Assembly: GCA_000091205.1 (NCBI GenBank)
Contig: AP006501.2
From: Cyanidioschyzon merolae
Taxonomy: Eukaryota
Length of the DNA stretch: 64,000 nt
Strand: one strand, 5' to 3'
This document shows positions 32,801 to 42,665 of the stretch, one piece after another (within the stretch, counting starts at the first letter, position 1; the number at the start of each line of letters is the position of its first letter). The position numbers and the translations under genes are program-made. The notes beneath the pieces are model-generated. The model made no database searches. It saw nothing but the letters and a program-made list of their open reading frames with translations, and was not told where the DNA came from.

Positions 32801-35800
32801 TACTTGTTGCTGCTGGTGACGGTCGCGCTCGTGCGAGCACGTGTCGTCACGCGCGTCGAACTTGTTGTTGTTGATGATGTCGAGAGCAACATCGGCGCAA
32901 CTGAGTATCAAGTTTGTGGCGAGCATCGCCAACATTATCTTACAGCACCCAAGCACGCTGCCCAGTGCCTTTTTGTGCCGCAATGGCTTGCCCAGTGGGC
33001 GCTCGCGCACGCCGAGGACACCATCGCCCTGGATGCCTTGTATCTTCTCACGCAACCGAATGTTCTGACGACTGCACCTATTCCATTAGGGCATCTGCAG
33101 CTACTGCTGGAGGCATTGCCAGCCTTGACTGTAGGCACGCTTGCACCGAAATCGACGCAGATGTTGCGTCAGTTCTTCATCAAATACATGGGTCCAGCTT
33201 GCCAGGCGCTGGTGCAGGGCTCTGGCTTCTGGGCGAGCGTCGGCTTCCTGCCAGGTACGGACTCGGCTGCGCAGGTACCTGACGCCGAGAGCTGGTCTGC
33301 CAAGCGTTCCGGTACATTGTCGAGAACGCGACCGGAGGAAGCCTTAACGAAAGCGGATGCAGAAGCTGCAGCAGCAGAAGCAACATTCCTGTCCCAGACT
33401 CGAGATGTGAACGTATCAGCAAAAGCAACGGCAGCAGCGGGGCCAGGCACGGCACCGGGAATGCAAAATGCCTCTGCTGTTGATATTGAAAGTAATGAAG
33501 TCATTTCCAGCAACCGCGATCTTTACGCTATACAGCTCGTGCGTTTTCTCAAGAGCTGGGTCCGTTTGCTGACGCTTCAGATCGGGCCTGGGGTGGGCCT
33601 GACCAGACGCCTCGCGGCAATATCTCTCTTGGAATCACTACCCGTGCAAGTCTGGCGATTCGTGGAGCACCAGTGTCCGCAACATATCCGTATCATGGAG
33701 GACTGCATCGCTGTCGCACTGGGGTGTCTTCTGGATCCCTATGACAGCATCCGGGTGCGGGCATGGGCGTTGCTTCGTAACCTTGCAGCCTACGCTGACC
33801 TGAACACGGTGATGAGGGTGCTCGTACCTACGGGGTCTGTTCTGGTACGTTCCTGGACGCGCAGGAAAGCGGACTCGGGAGCGCTTCTTCTGCGGACAGC
33901 TGTCATGTTCATGGACAAGGCTGCGAGCCCCAGGGCCTTGGGCAAGCTTGATGTTTCCCGCATATCACTGTGCAACGGGGTCGGCACACCAGCACAGGAG
34001 GCTCCCTCGCGAGTTACGCTACTGGAGGCACTCGCTACGATCCTTGCAAACGTTGACATCAAAAGGCATGGGGTCGTCCTTACCCTGCGGTATTTGCTGG
34101 ACGATTGTATGGATTCGGCAACGGGGCGATGGATCCAACCTCCCAAACCCAGTTTAGCCTCGTTGACGCGTCTGAGTCAGGCGTGCATTACCTTAGAGGA
34201 GCGCTGTTCCGCTCTATTCGCTACTCAGCACGATGGTTATGAGGCAGCTCTGCAGACGGACCCGCTTTCTGAGGACGAAGCGTTTGCGTCTACGGCGTCA
34301 GCGGAAGACACCCAAGACAGAGCCCATTGGGAAAACCAAACGAGCAACACCTCTCTAGTTGCTTCTGCAGAATTGGCGTACGATGCCGACGCAGAGGAAC
34401 GCGTAAGCGACGACTCTCAGGCAACCTGCGCAGAGTTTGCGCGACGCAGCACGCAGCACGGCGTCTTTCTCATCATCAGGGAGATTTGCTATATCACCAG
34501 CATTATCATCAGACTTCTGTTGGATGAATTTCATCCTGAGGAAAGCCTGGATGAGGCTTTCGTGGTTCCAAGTACCGCAGATTGGGTAGTAGGCGCTGCG
34601 GTATCGGTATCGCCGGCTACTGTTGCCGCTCTGGTCGAGTTTCTCACTGATTTTCTAGCGGGAATGCTGTTGCGCTATCGACATAGTGGTATTTGTGGCC
34701 ACGCGTCGATCTGTTGGCGGTCTGTCTGCAAGCAGTTGGTGAAGCATACCGACCCAGCGCTGCGGGCGCTTCCCAACCGGTGTCTGGACCTCATTGTACA
34801 ACGTCTGCACCACGGAGGTTTCGCTGTGCTGCGGCGCTCGGCAGGGCTTGCTTACCTTGTCCAGGGTGTCGTTGCGGCTTCCGCGAATTCTCCCTTGGAT
34901 GCACTTGTCGATGTGCTCTTGCGGATGGCTCGCTCCTGGTGCGACGGGCAAGCGCTTGGCAGTGTGCATGCGATGCACATCCTTCGTGCGCTCCTGCAGG
35001 ACGCATCCTTGACGCAGCGCACTGCACATCTCGTGCCGTTGGCGTTCCAGGTGGCTCTAGACGGATTCCAGGGCACTGCTCCGTGGATGATTCGTAACGC
35101 TGCGCTGCTTCTGTTGGCTGCCTGCATCCAGCGTATCCTAGGTGGTCAAATCGTCCAGGGCGCCACGGCATTCCGCGTGACAAACAAGACGAACAGAAGT
35201 CATGAACAGGGAAGCTCGGAGCGCACACTGCACGACTTGCCTGGACTCCAGACTCGATCAGGAGCCCGAACGCGTATAACTGATACCAATACCCAGGCGT
35301 TTCGTCTCGAAGCGTACTGGGAAGAGCCCCTGGTGCTCGTCCAGTCTCGCGCACTCACCATGGATGTTTTCCTTTCGCGCTACGCCGGAATCCTGGAGTC
35401 GTTGTGTCGTTTACTGCAGCAAGCGGCGGCGTCGACAACGTCAGCTTCTGTGCATCCTGGTGCTTTGACGGCTGTGTATCCAGTTCTTGTGCTGCTGTCG
35501 CGGTTAGCGCCCTTGTCGACGTCCACCGACGAGTTGGGCGATGGCGCTGCTTCATCCGCTGTCGCTTTTCCTGATCGACCAGAGGCGTTGTGCTTTAGCG
35601 GTCGCCGCTCTGTTCTTCGAATTCTGCTGGAGGCTGTAGAGCGTCTCACTGTCAGTGCTGAGGGTGCCGTTCGCAGGAAAGCCGCGCTCTGCTGGGCTAG
35701 GATCTGGCAAACCTGCTGCAGTGCGGATGCAGCTCCATGCCTGTGGCCGGACGATAGTACCGATGCTGCCGCTGTTCAGGGGATTATCTTGCGGCTTCGC

Positions 35801-37900
35801 TATTTGCAGGCCGTGGGCGCATGCCCATCCAGTGTTCGGGAGGCCTTTCAGAAACGTTTCAACCCAGAGAGCTTCGCGAGACGTTTCGGATTAGATGCCA
35901 CCATCGAGGCACTGCGTCTGTATGGAGAATTCGGGCTGCAGACAGAACCGTCCCAGTGGCTCTCCTTCTGCTCCTGGGCGGTGCGTCTGGCCTCCACGGA
36001 CGCCAGTGTACCAGCCATGATCATGGCTGCTTTAGCGCTGCGGCGTTTCTGCGGAGCCTGTAGCGCCGCATGCGCTATCCTTGACGACAATGAGTACGCG
36101 GAGGAGGCTCTTCGCAGTGCCGGTCCGACGTTCGCAGCGCGGTTCGAAATGAACGCCGCGCATGAGGAGCGGGTACCAGCGTCGTGTACAGACGCACTTG
36201 TGCTTTCGTATCTGTACTCTGTAGCGGCGACATGTCCTTTACCAGAGTTGGTCGCTACTGCACTGCAGCTTGCTCAGGAGCGATCACTGGGCGGTATTCC
36301 GTCGGCCTGGATACCGCTTTTGCTGCGCCAGCTGCGCTACAGCTCGAACCTCTGTGTGTTGGCGGCAGCTTTGCGCTGGATAATCCAAACGTCACCAGAT
36401 CATCCTGCATTTTTCCCCGCTGTTTGGCGGCACTACCTGGCAGCTGCACACACGAGTACCACACTCGGCGACCTGGCCTTGGAAGCGCTTGGTAGTTTGG
36501 TCCACGATGCCCCCCGGGCACGCCAGTGGGTCCAAGCCCTCGAGGCGCTGAGGCACTCAGCGTACGCAGGAACCCCACAGGCACCCCGCGTTTCAGTTGA
36601 ACGTCGCCTGGCAATGACTCGTTCGTTGCAAAGGGCGTTTTGCTGCAATTACTGGAGGATGCCGGAACGCACTCTCGCAGCATTTTTTTGGAGCGAGCGC
36701 CTACGCATCCACGGGGTCTGCTGGCGCCTTCTCGGTGACGACGAAGAGATCGTCCGGTGCGAGGCTCGCCGTGCTGTGGCTCTTTTCTGGGGACAGCCTC
36801 TGTATGCGACGCTTCGCCGGGGCTACCTCGAGCAGCAACTTGCGAGGGATCTCGTGTACGCAATCCTCCAAGAGCAAACCGAGATGATTCCTGCACCCTA
36901 TAATACAGACGACGCAGCGCTATCCACGTACTTGATTGGTACGTGTATTGGGGCGGTGCATCAGCACAACTCGTTTTCGAGCCAAGTATCGGTTCAGGCT
37001 GCGTTAGAAGGACAGAGTACCATGGAAAGACAACGTTGCCAGAGCAGATCTGGACCTGGGTATTGGCATCTATTGTATAGTTCTGATGATCTGCATGTAT
37101 CTGACGTTGAACCGCTTTCTGCTGAACAGCTAGCGCTCTACGTACAAGTGATGCTGAAGCAGGCGCGCAATGGACGTCTATGTGTTGGCGGCTCTGGAGA
37201 GGCGATGTCTATACAAGGTGCGTTCAGCGCGCATGCAAATCTCTTTCGGATACCGGATGCTGTGTCTGCCAGGTTCAGTGACAAACGTGCACTGCCACAA
37301 ACGCCGTCATCGGTACCATGGGCTGCGTCCCAAGCGCCACTTCATGGACAGGGATTTGTCGATTTCGGGCAGCACGTCCGAGGCTACGCTTTGGAGACTG
37401 TGCGTGCATCTTTTCGGGAACTTTTTGTGGAGACGCTGAAGGCGGCGGCCTCGGAGGCATCTGCGCCTCCAGCTGAGCTGCGGGAGTCAGTTCCTCGCTG
37501 TCCTACAGACGAACGTGCCTTTTCATATGCATCGCTCACCGGTGCAGATTCGCGTCTGGAACAGCTTGTGAAAGGTCAGTTTCAGGCAATGCAGGTGCCT
37601 GACGTCTTTTCCAAGCGGTATCGTCTCTGGATGCAGCGAGTGATGGGTTTAGAGCATACAGAGAGCGCGTCGTTGGACGAGTTCTCTGAACTTGATCTGG
37701 CACCAGCGCTCTGGCGGTGGAGTCGGTGTACGACACAGCAAATGCTTTGTCCTCAACGTGCCAATGCTTTGCGTGACGTGGAGGAAGAAAGGCATTCCGC
37801 CGCTCGTGCTTCTTGTGAAACAGTGATATCGAACACAGACGATCAGCCTGTTTGGTATCTGCTTCCAGTGAGCAGAATTGGCGTCAAAGAGAATCTATAG
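29891..37900 (+). CDS. giant (~2,670–2,720 aa) single-exon helical-repeat (HEAT/ARM-like) protein of unknown function
   Basis: An uninterrupted 8.2-kb ORF cannot be chance at this GC content. It is Leu/Ala-rich with amphipathic-helix periodicity throughout. Ser/Thr/Pro low-complexity inserts occur (SSPTSSSSSSTPTPQQ, encoded in part by a (GTC)n run at ~31115). The ORF-track start at 29729 is GTG. The first ATG is at 29891. No catalytic motif such as a kinase, HECT, RING or peptidase was recognised. Confidence 0.6.
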   Translation: MCPETATPPQDATAAAASETSGPRTGCCSTSLQHMPPGQQHDTYLCRSQIIPLLEWIESVSDCMLGNASGNRVDGCCPKATDVNTSPAPRIPDAKGGYQRIKSNSLTSEALCTALHALTEARTPAAFHACTRQAFGKLIETTRAYVVSDTREAPANMLELLLDVLLLTEVVLFGSNLISSSLQCTWVTWLDRWLTVWLERWAAVPRNTDASAAVRQVYQQARLRDVLYACETVASGACQTGKNLAFAFERLSLHRAAGVTSHVSGTVHQAGLVTHALLHPDSKTSPSGTTLPGSAAMLGIESCRSLLTTQEPLTSSSSGVRHCSTGRASDSCSNAHEAPATRADAHMLLHDEFRQAEVDLVRESAGNHAVIPAPNALTSTLSTQQSTTDDARSGFVSTCAVGALPPSSPTSSSSSSTPTPQQEAISAACAAAPAESACALDHSTRASAWMWLLVVLGHLRGPQSTPFPIEDDRNEAGVLLWMACLEPVQLRGLYALSKSSIFRDALHQHKNWNEYVPLLVHASLREYEALLAARCRLEPFTVETAMAEASTQWRLPPELCDDVARCACRLASEVTGPSSVPVLMSLLCNETVPRSVSWNAAKSLALLDIRDGIAPWHRLECQRLTAFSQLAYLRSRLEHDTEATRELQTGTEEASAVSADSTEDPSVPGRALATVARAADPADAGASSEAFSRKEPQHSCSWLASAAQTLERLHHEHPTDRTLRTVAAETLALLVERIPGQRYAEALLLRLLMESTDLPDRFFQQSIQKMHRETLVSACTLPMLQQIWSKCCSLMPCHFRFLRIMVQENGVDAMHETADELLQRALLALNDHSMMLVKSALGFLEAWYLAEKRLRARGASIPTSRLLVRIGCFLQEFLARSPAERYVSASRLGVTLLPMLLRHGATVRELWECLCGARDPREGSLETTTGAPQVSGKHCDSSADRTHEHQHQHEQVRERFHRVLEGSTLPYLLLLVTVALVRARVVTRVELVVVDDVESNIGATEYQVCGEHRQHYLTAPKHAAQCLFVPQWLAQWALAHAEDTIALDALYLLTQPNVLTTAPIPLGHLQLLLEALPALTVGTLAPKSTQMLRQFFIKYMGPACQALVQGSGFWASVGFLPGTDSAAQVPDAESWSAKRSGTLSRTRPEEALTKADAEAAAAEATFLSQTRDVNVSAKATAAAGPGTAPGMQNASAVDIESNEVISSNRDLYAIQLVRFLKSWVRLLTLQIGPGVGLTRRLAAISLLESLPVQVWRFVEHQCPQHIRIMEDCIAVALGCLLDPYDSIRVRAWALLRNLAAYADLNTVMRVLVPTGSVLVRSWTRRKADSGALLLRTAVMFMDKAASPRALGKLDVSRISLCNGVGTPAQEAPSRVTLLEALATILANVDIKRHGVVLTLRYLLDDCMDSATGRWIQPPKPSLASLTRLSQACITLEERCSALFATQHDGYEAALQTDPLSEDEAFASTASAEDTQDRAHWENQTSNTSLVASAELAYDADAEERVSDDSQATCAEFARRSTQHGVFLIIREICYITSIIIRLLLDEFHPEESLDEAFVVPSTADWVVGAAVSVSPATVAALVEFLTDFLAGMLLRYRHSGICGHASICWRSVCKQLVKHTDPALRALPNRCLDLIVQRLHHGGFAVLRRSAGLAYLVQGVVAASANSPLDALVDVLLRMARSWCDGQALGSVHAMHILRALLQDASLTQRTAHLVPLAFQVALDGFQGTAPWMIRNAALLLLAACIQRILGGQIVQGATAFRVTNKTNRSHEQGSSERTLHDLPGLQTRSGARTRITDTNTQAFRLEAYWEEPLVLVQSRALTMDVFLSRYAGILESLCRLLQQAAASTTSASVHPGALTAVYPVLVLLSRLAPLSTSTDELGDGAASSAVAFPDRPEALCFSGRRSVLRILLEAVERLTVSAEGAVRRKAALCWARIWQTCCSADAAPCLWPDDSTDAAAVQGIILRLRYLQAVGACPSSVREAFQKRFNPESFARRFGLDATIEALRLYGEFGLQTEPSQWLSFCSWAVRLASTDASVPAMIMAALALRRFCGACSAACAILDDNEYAEEALRSAGPTFAARFEMNAAHEERVPASCTDALVLSYLYSVAATCPLPELVATALQLAQERSLGGIPSAWIPLLLRQLRYSSNLCVLAAALRWIIQTSPDHPAFFPAVWRHYLAAAHTSTTLGDLALEALGSLVHDAPRARQWVQALEALRHSAYAGTPQAPRVSVERRLAMTRSLQRAFCCNYWRMPERTLAAFFWSERLRIHGVCWRLLGDDEEIVRCEARRAVALFWGQPLYATLRRGYLEQQLARDLVYAILQEQTEMIPAPYNTDDAALSTYLIGTCIGAVHQHNSFSSQVSVQAALEGQSTMERQRCQSRSGPGYWHLLYSSDDLHVSDVEPLSAEQLALYVQVMLKQARNGRLCVGGSGEAMSIQGAFSAHANLFRIPDAVSARFSDKRALPQTPSSVPWAASQAPLHGQGFVDFGQHVRGYALETVRASFRELFVETLKAAASEASAPPAELRESVPRCPTDERAFSYASLTGADSRLEQLVKGQFQAMQVPDVFSKRYRLWMQRVMGLEHTESASLDEFSELDLAPALWRWSRCTTQQMLCPQRANALRDVEEERHSAARASCETVISNTDDQPVWYLLPVSRIGVKENL

Positions 37901-39061
37901 CGTAACCGATTCGCAGGCATTGTTCCGCCCCTGGTTGAAAGGGCATGACTGTATTGTACGGATGGATATCCGCCCATGCGTGAGATACAGGATAGAAAGC
38001 ATCTTGCACTATCATGGACATATCTATGCATTCATAGAGGCTTACACGCATAGAGCCGTCTAGCGGCCTGGGGGCATGCATCCAATGATGGATAGATGAT
38101 CGGACGCACGTTTACGTGTCCATGCGTGAGCAACAGAATAGGAAGCATCTTGGATGCTGTTATACTTTAATAGACATATCTGTAGTCTGACTGCTTGTGC
38201 GCGCTTCTACCGTGCCTCCGACGCGATCCGAATCCGAAGCCTGCGGCTGGCGAGATGATAGCGTTTGGTTTGATCGGGATGTACCTGCTATTCGAGTCCC
38301 TGTTTTAGATCGAAACTGTGTGTTTGTAAATGATTTTCTAGGCTGATTAGGGCGATGTTATTATGAAAACATTCTTTCTGACTGAGCGTGCGCTCCGCTA
38401 AACAAGTCCTCGACGACTCCTTCCGATACGGCCTCGAAACGACCAGCGGTGTTGCCCAGTCGTGCAAAGTGCCTCGATCGCTCGGCGACGTGTGCAAACA
38501 TTTCGTATTCGCAACCTGCTGTGCTTCGCCCAGAATGCTGTTTCAGGCTCGGCATTGTCATAGCTTGGCGACTGAACTAGAATCCAAGAAACTGTCGGAT
38601 AAATTGGGTAGCTTCTACGCTCAATCTGGATATATTCAGATATGAATCGCCAATCATGCAAACCACGGAGGGAAAGTATTGAATCGCCCGAATGGTATCT
38701 ACAACGCCGAAGCACACATCCCTATAGATCAAGCAGCAGTTTCAGAGGCAATGCGCATTCACAACAGCACATCTCTCGTATGGATCGATGTTGCCCATTT
38801 TGGACTGCTCTGGGCACCGCGCATAGTGGCTACGTCGCCAAGCCTTGTTCAGAGGCTCCAGGTACAGATGCACATACTGGCTCATTCCGCTCGAATCTCC
38901 TATCCATATAAGGGCGATCGCTGTTCATGTTCATGTCGAAAAACATGTGGGTATCGCACGCGCCAGTTTGAGGGCGACGTGGATGCAAGGCACCAGAACA
39001 TCTCGCGTCTGCTTCATGCGCTGAGGTCAAGTGAGCAAAGGTACTGCTCCGTGACGCGCGC

Positions 39062-40120
39062 TCACGACCGCGAGTACGCGTGCCCCAGTGCCTGTTTGTA
39101 CGCGTCATAACCCAGAAAGGCACAAGCTGACGCCTGTCGAACGTTGACGGCCATGGCGACCAATGCCGAGGCATGATGCACGTTCTTATGCCAGTTTTGT
39201 TCGCCACTGCTCCACGCCACGCTGGATGAGGAGCTCCACTCCATGGCGTATGGTGGCCACAGGAACATGGTTGTATCGCGACTGAACAGGAGGTGCGCGT
39301 CCGGTGCCGAGGACATCGTCATCACTTTGCTCACATCAATGCGATCCCCGTCTCCAAACTTTCGCAAAAGCCCTTCTGCACCGGCACGAGACATGAGATA
39401 CGCACCTGCACCCCATGTGATGAGGTCGCGATGGCGGATCCAGTAGCGGTCTGTGCAGTTCAGAGGCAACTCCTCGAGTCGAAGGTCACCTGAGGCGCCA
39501 TTCTGGAGATGGAACGCATCCAATTTAAGCTCGAGCTGCAGTACGAGACGGTCTGGAGCGCGGAGGTCCTTGGCGAGAGCCGCTAACGGCTTGTTCCAAA
39601 AGGGAAGCAGGTCCAAGGAAGTGTCGTCCTCAAAGACAGCAATTGAGGTGCAACCAGACCGAACCATCCATTGAAGTGCAAGCAGGTGCGATACAGAGGC
39701 AGCAGCAACGTTACTGACGCTCGTGACGTGATCAGGGTTCGAGAAATAGAGCAGGTTTGAGCGTCGGGCGAAACCCAAGGTTCGCAAACTATCAGCTGTC
39801 AAGCCGCGCACGTAACGCACTTTCCACTTTTGGCCTGCACCGAACCACTCAACCACTTTCGCGAGCCCGGGGTACCTCGGTTTCGAATTGAGGCCTATAA
39901 TAGCTGTGCAGTGCCCGGGAGTGCCAATAGAGAGCAGACGCGCAACCTGTTTCCGTGCGGTATCGCCAGAGGACAGCTGTTCCAAGTCAGGTGTTTGTAT
40001 ACTGCGAACGCTGAGCCACTTCAAGAGACCGATCCCCAACAATCCTAGCAGAGCGAACAACAGCACAATCGTTCGTCTCCGGTTATGGAAGCCGTCGCTC
40101 ACAATCAGACTGGGAACCAT
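39062..40120 (-). CDS. glycosyltransferase family 25-like type-II membrane protein (paralog B)
   Basis: The start is an ATG. A signal anchor IVLLFALLGLLGIGLLKWL is present. The motif is ASVSHLLALQWMVRSGCTSIAVFEDDTSL. It aligns over its full length with the 11351..12424 ORF at roughly 35% identity. Confidence 0.55.
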   Translation of the reverse strand: MVPSLIVSDGFHNRRRTIVLLFALLGLLGIGLLKWLSVRSIQTPDLEQLSSGDTARKQVARLLSIGTPGHCTAIIGLNSKPRYPGLAKVVEWFGAGQKWKVRYVRGLTADSLRTLGFARRSNLLYFSNPDHVTSVSNVAAASVSHLLALQWMVRSGCTSIAVFEDDTSLDLLPFWNKPLAALAKDLRAPDRLVLQLELKLDAFHLQNGASGDLRLEELPLNCTDRYWIRHRDLITWGAGAYLMSRAGAEGLLRKFGDGDRIDVSKVMTMSSAPDAHLLFSRDTTMFLWPPYAMEWSSSSSVAWSSGEQNWHKNVHHASALVAMAVNVRQASACAFLGYDAYKQALGHAYSRS

Positions 40121-40814
40121 GCCGTACCACTAGTCTAGCACCGCGGGTTCCCGTAGAAAGCGAAACATGTGTTTTCTATGGGATGCGTTTGGCAAAGGCG
40201 CTGCTGCGACAGGGGCGCATTCCCGGAACGCAGCCCTCCAATTTTATACAATAAAGTATCTATGCATACAGTTTGGTACGAGGTTCTATCGAATGAGGCG
40301 CATCGCTCACCGATACGCGAAGTAGGTACAGAAAAGTACATAGATGTCTAGTATGGATCCGCAAGCGATGCAGCGGATGGTTGCTTCCGTCCAGCTTCCA
40401 GGTATGGGCAAAGATATACACTTACGTGCCAGCCCCTTCTGGCAGTACTCTGCAACCAATTCTCCATTTCCCATGAAGTCGTATGTTAGCTTTCTAAGCC
40501 CTTGTACGTGGACGTGACCATGTAAGTTGTGTACCTGCCAAGACGGTTCAATAATGAGCAGTTATCGTGGGTAAGCAACAGGTCTGGTTGCTTTGAGCCG
40601 TCTACGCTGCCTTTCAGTGGTGGTAATTCGGGTGCTGTCCTGCAGACACCCGGAATAGAACGCCTGCTGCTCCGAGTAGCCTTGTCGAAACCTGTTCCTT
40701 TCTGGGTCGCAAGACTACGGAGTTTCTTCTTCAATTCGACAAGGGCAATTGAGGTGCAGGCTCAGAGTGAAGTAGAGCTGGTGTGTGCTGCTTCCTCGCT
40801 ACTAAAAAAGCACT

Positions 40815-41531
40815 ATGAGGAAGCGTCCGTGTTCGGGTTTCAGCGTCACCGCCGGGCGCCCCGTTGTGGTGTGGGTGACACCAGACTGTTTCTGCCGAAA
40901 GCCCTACCTGCCCTCCGTGGCCCGTAGAAGGATCGACTGCCCTGCTCAACAGAAAGAAAGTAGCTCGGCTAACGAAAGCGTCGTCACTCCAGACTGGGTC
41001 ATCGTCCGTGATCGAACAACATGTGTCGCGGAGCGCGCTGAAGTAGTTGAGCAGCTGGGCGCCCATGGCGCTATTCTCCATGCTGGCCATCAGCTCTGTT
41101 TTGAAGAATACTCTACAGGAGTGAGGCGGCTGCACATGCCATGGCGGCTCTTTCGAAAAAGCATTCACGAACCGGAGATGCGCGCTGCCCTGGCACAGTT
41201 TGAGGTTCTCGGTACATCGGTGCACTCGGTCTCGGAAGCGCTTTTTGCCGCAGAGACTGGTCTGGTCTCGTACCTGCTTGTGGGGACGATGTTCGCAACC
41301 GCGTCGCATCCCGAAAAAAGCAGCCCCGAATTCATAGAGGGAATACCTCTCATGCGGGCCGTATCTCAGGCACTGTCTACGTCATCGCTTCATCTTTATG
41401 GCATTGGTGGTATAACCCCGGGAAATATCAATCAAGTTCTCGAAGCGGGTGCACACGGCGTTGCTACCATTCGGAGCATCGTTCCAGTTCTGGAATATGT
41501 GGCGTGCAAGTACGAGAATCATAGTGTGTGA
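40815..41531 (+). CDS. thiamine-phosphate synthase (ThiE)/TenI-family protein
   Basis: The start is an ATG. The C-terminal half (GIPLMRAVSQAL…LHLYGIGGITPGNINQVLEAGAHGVATIRSIV) matches the ThiE/TenI TIM-barrel phosphate-binding region (cf. IPVVAIGGI.peN..evl.aGAdGvAvvsAI). Confidence 0.6.
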   Translation: MRKRPCSGFSVTAGRPVVVWVTPDCFCRKPYLPSVARRRIDCPAQQKESSSANESVVTPDWVIVRDRTTCVAERAEVVEQLGAHGAILHAGHQLCFEEYSTGVRRLHMPWRLFRKSIHEPEMRAALAQFEVLGTSVHSVSEALFAAETGLVSYLLVGTMFATASHPEKSSPEFIEGIPLMRAVSQALSTSSLHLYGIGGITPGNINQVLEAGAHGVATIRSIVPVLEYVACKYENHSV

Positions 41532-42047
41532 TTGTTTGACGGCTTGCGGTCCTCGTGCGTAGCCACCATTCGTAAAATCTGCATGAATGCTTCCAAGCCT
41601 CTAGGTATGCGTGGATGCAAATAAGCAACGGGAAGGATCGCTTCAGTTGGCGGATCTGGAAATATAGCAAGATGCGGAGGGCGCAAGCCAAAACCGCTGA
41701 GCGTCGCTCCCTGGAATGACGCCAATGTGGTGCATCGTGCGCCTCCGCCCTCCAATGCACTCACCGGATAATATAGTGTAGGGGCGTCTTGGCACAAAAA
41801 TGTACGCAGCCAGAGCAGAAATGGGCCACTTGCTCGTTGAATCTGCAGAACAGCTGCGCCTCTGGTGAATATTCGGCAAGGAAGAAACTTTTCCTTCCAC
41901 CGCGGCATACATCTGCTCGACACTACAGGTAGCGTCTTGCTTGTTGTCTTCCAGTAGAGGCAATACTGATCCAATGGATCCGCTGAGGCCGACAGCATCC
42001 AGTGTATGGCACTGAAAAAGCGCGAAAGCGCCGCAATGCGTACCTCT

Positions 42048-42665
42048 TCACGCTGTATCTGAGCTCGCATCATTTGCGATCCGTCCGTTCTGCGTTCGTG
42101 CTAGTAGCTGCACCCTTTGAAAAATGCGTGTGGCACGAGTCATACCGACATGATCCACGATTTCAGCGAAGGAAGGGATGCCCGCGCGGCTTCGAGCACC
42201 GTCAAGAGCCTTGCGGGCAACTTGAACATACCAGTCCGGCGTTAGCTGCGCAACTCTGGTCATTCCCTGAATAGAGGGCGACTGGGAGACCACACCGTAT
42301 GAGAGCTGTGTTGGTGGGCGCTGCTTGTTACCCAAGCTATTGATCAAGTAATCGAGACGTTCCCGAATCTCGCGTGGGCTTTGGTTGCTAAGCTCCAACG
42401 TGCGTTCGTACCCGTTGCGGTAGCGTCCAATGGCGAGCGGATGCCGTCGTGCTCGCCGCTCCACGGAAAACTTTACATCTGGATGCTGCCGCGCGTACGA
42501 GAATAGCTCGCTAGATAAAAACGACCGGATACCTCCAGAAGAGCCTCCAAAAGTGCAAAAGAGAATGCGAACCTGTTCTATTCGAAGATGTTGTGCGGCA
42601 GGAGATAGCTTGGCACCCGCAGAAGTAACAGCATCAGCCGCTGCCGCACCAGAAGAGAGGCTCAT
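42048..42665 (-). CDS. mitochondrial ribosomal protein L43 (mL43; L51/S25/CI-B8 thioredoxin-like domain)
   Basis: The start is an ATG. The segment LRIEQVRILFCTFGGSSGGIRSFLSSELFSYARQHPDVKFSVERRARRHPLAIGRYRNGYERTLELSNQSPREI matches MRPL43 (cf. L.LhYCksGGSSrGtReFv...hPgV.fyV.pr...hP.lvaeYlNGrerv..L.n.s..ev). Confidence 0.55.
   Translation of the reverse strand: MSLSSGAAAADAVTSAGAKLSPAAQHLRIEQVRILFCTFGGSSGGIRSFLSSELFSYARQHPDVKFSVERRARRHPLAIGRYRNGYERTLELSNQSPREIRERLDYLINSLGNKQRPPTQLSYGVVSQSPSIQGMTRVAQLTPDWYVQVARKALDGARSRAGIPSFAEIVDHVGMTRATRIFQRVQLLARTQNGRIANDASSDTA

Noticed and set aside
41519-42073. 184-aa minus-strand ORF immediately downstream of mL43
   Set aside because: It overlaps the mL43 stop region in another frame. 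It has no motif and a composition atypical of the confident genes. It is probably 3'-UTR/intergenic sequence.
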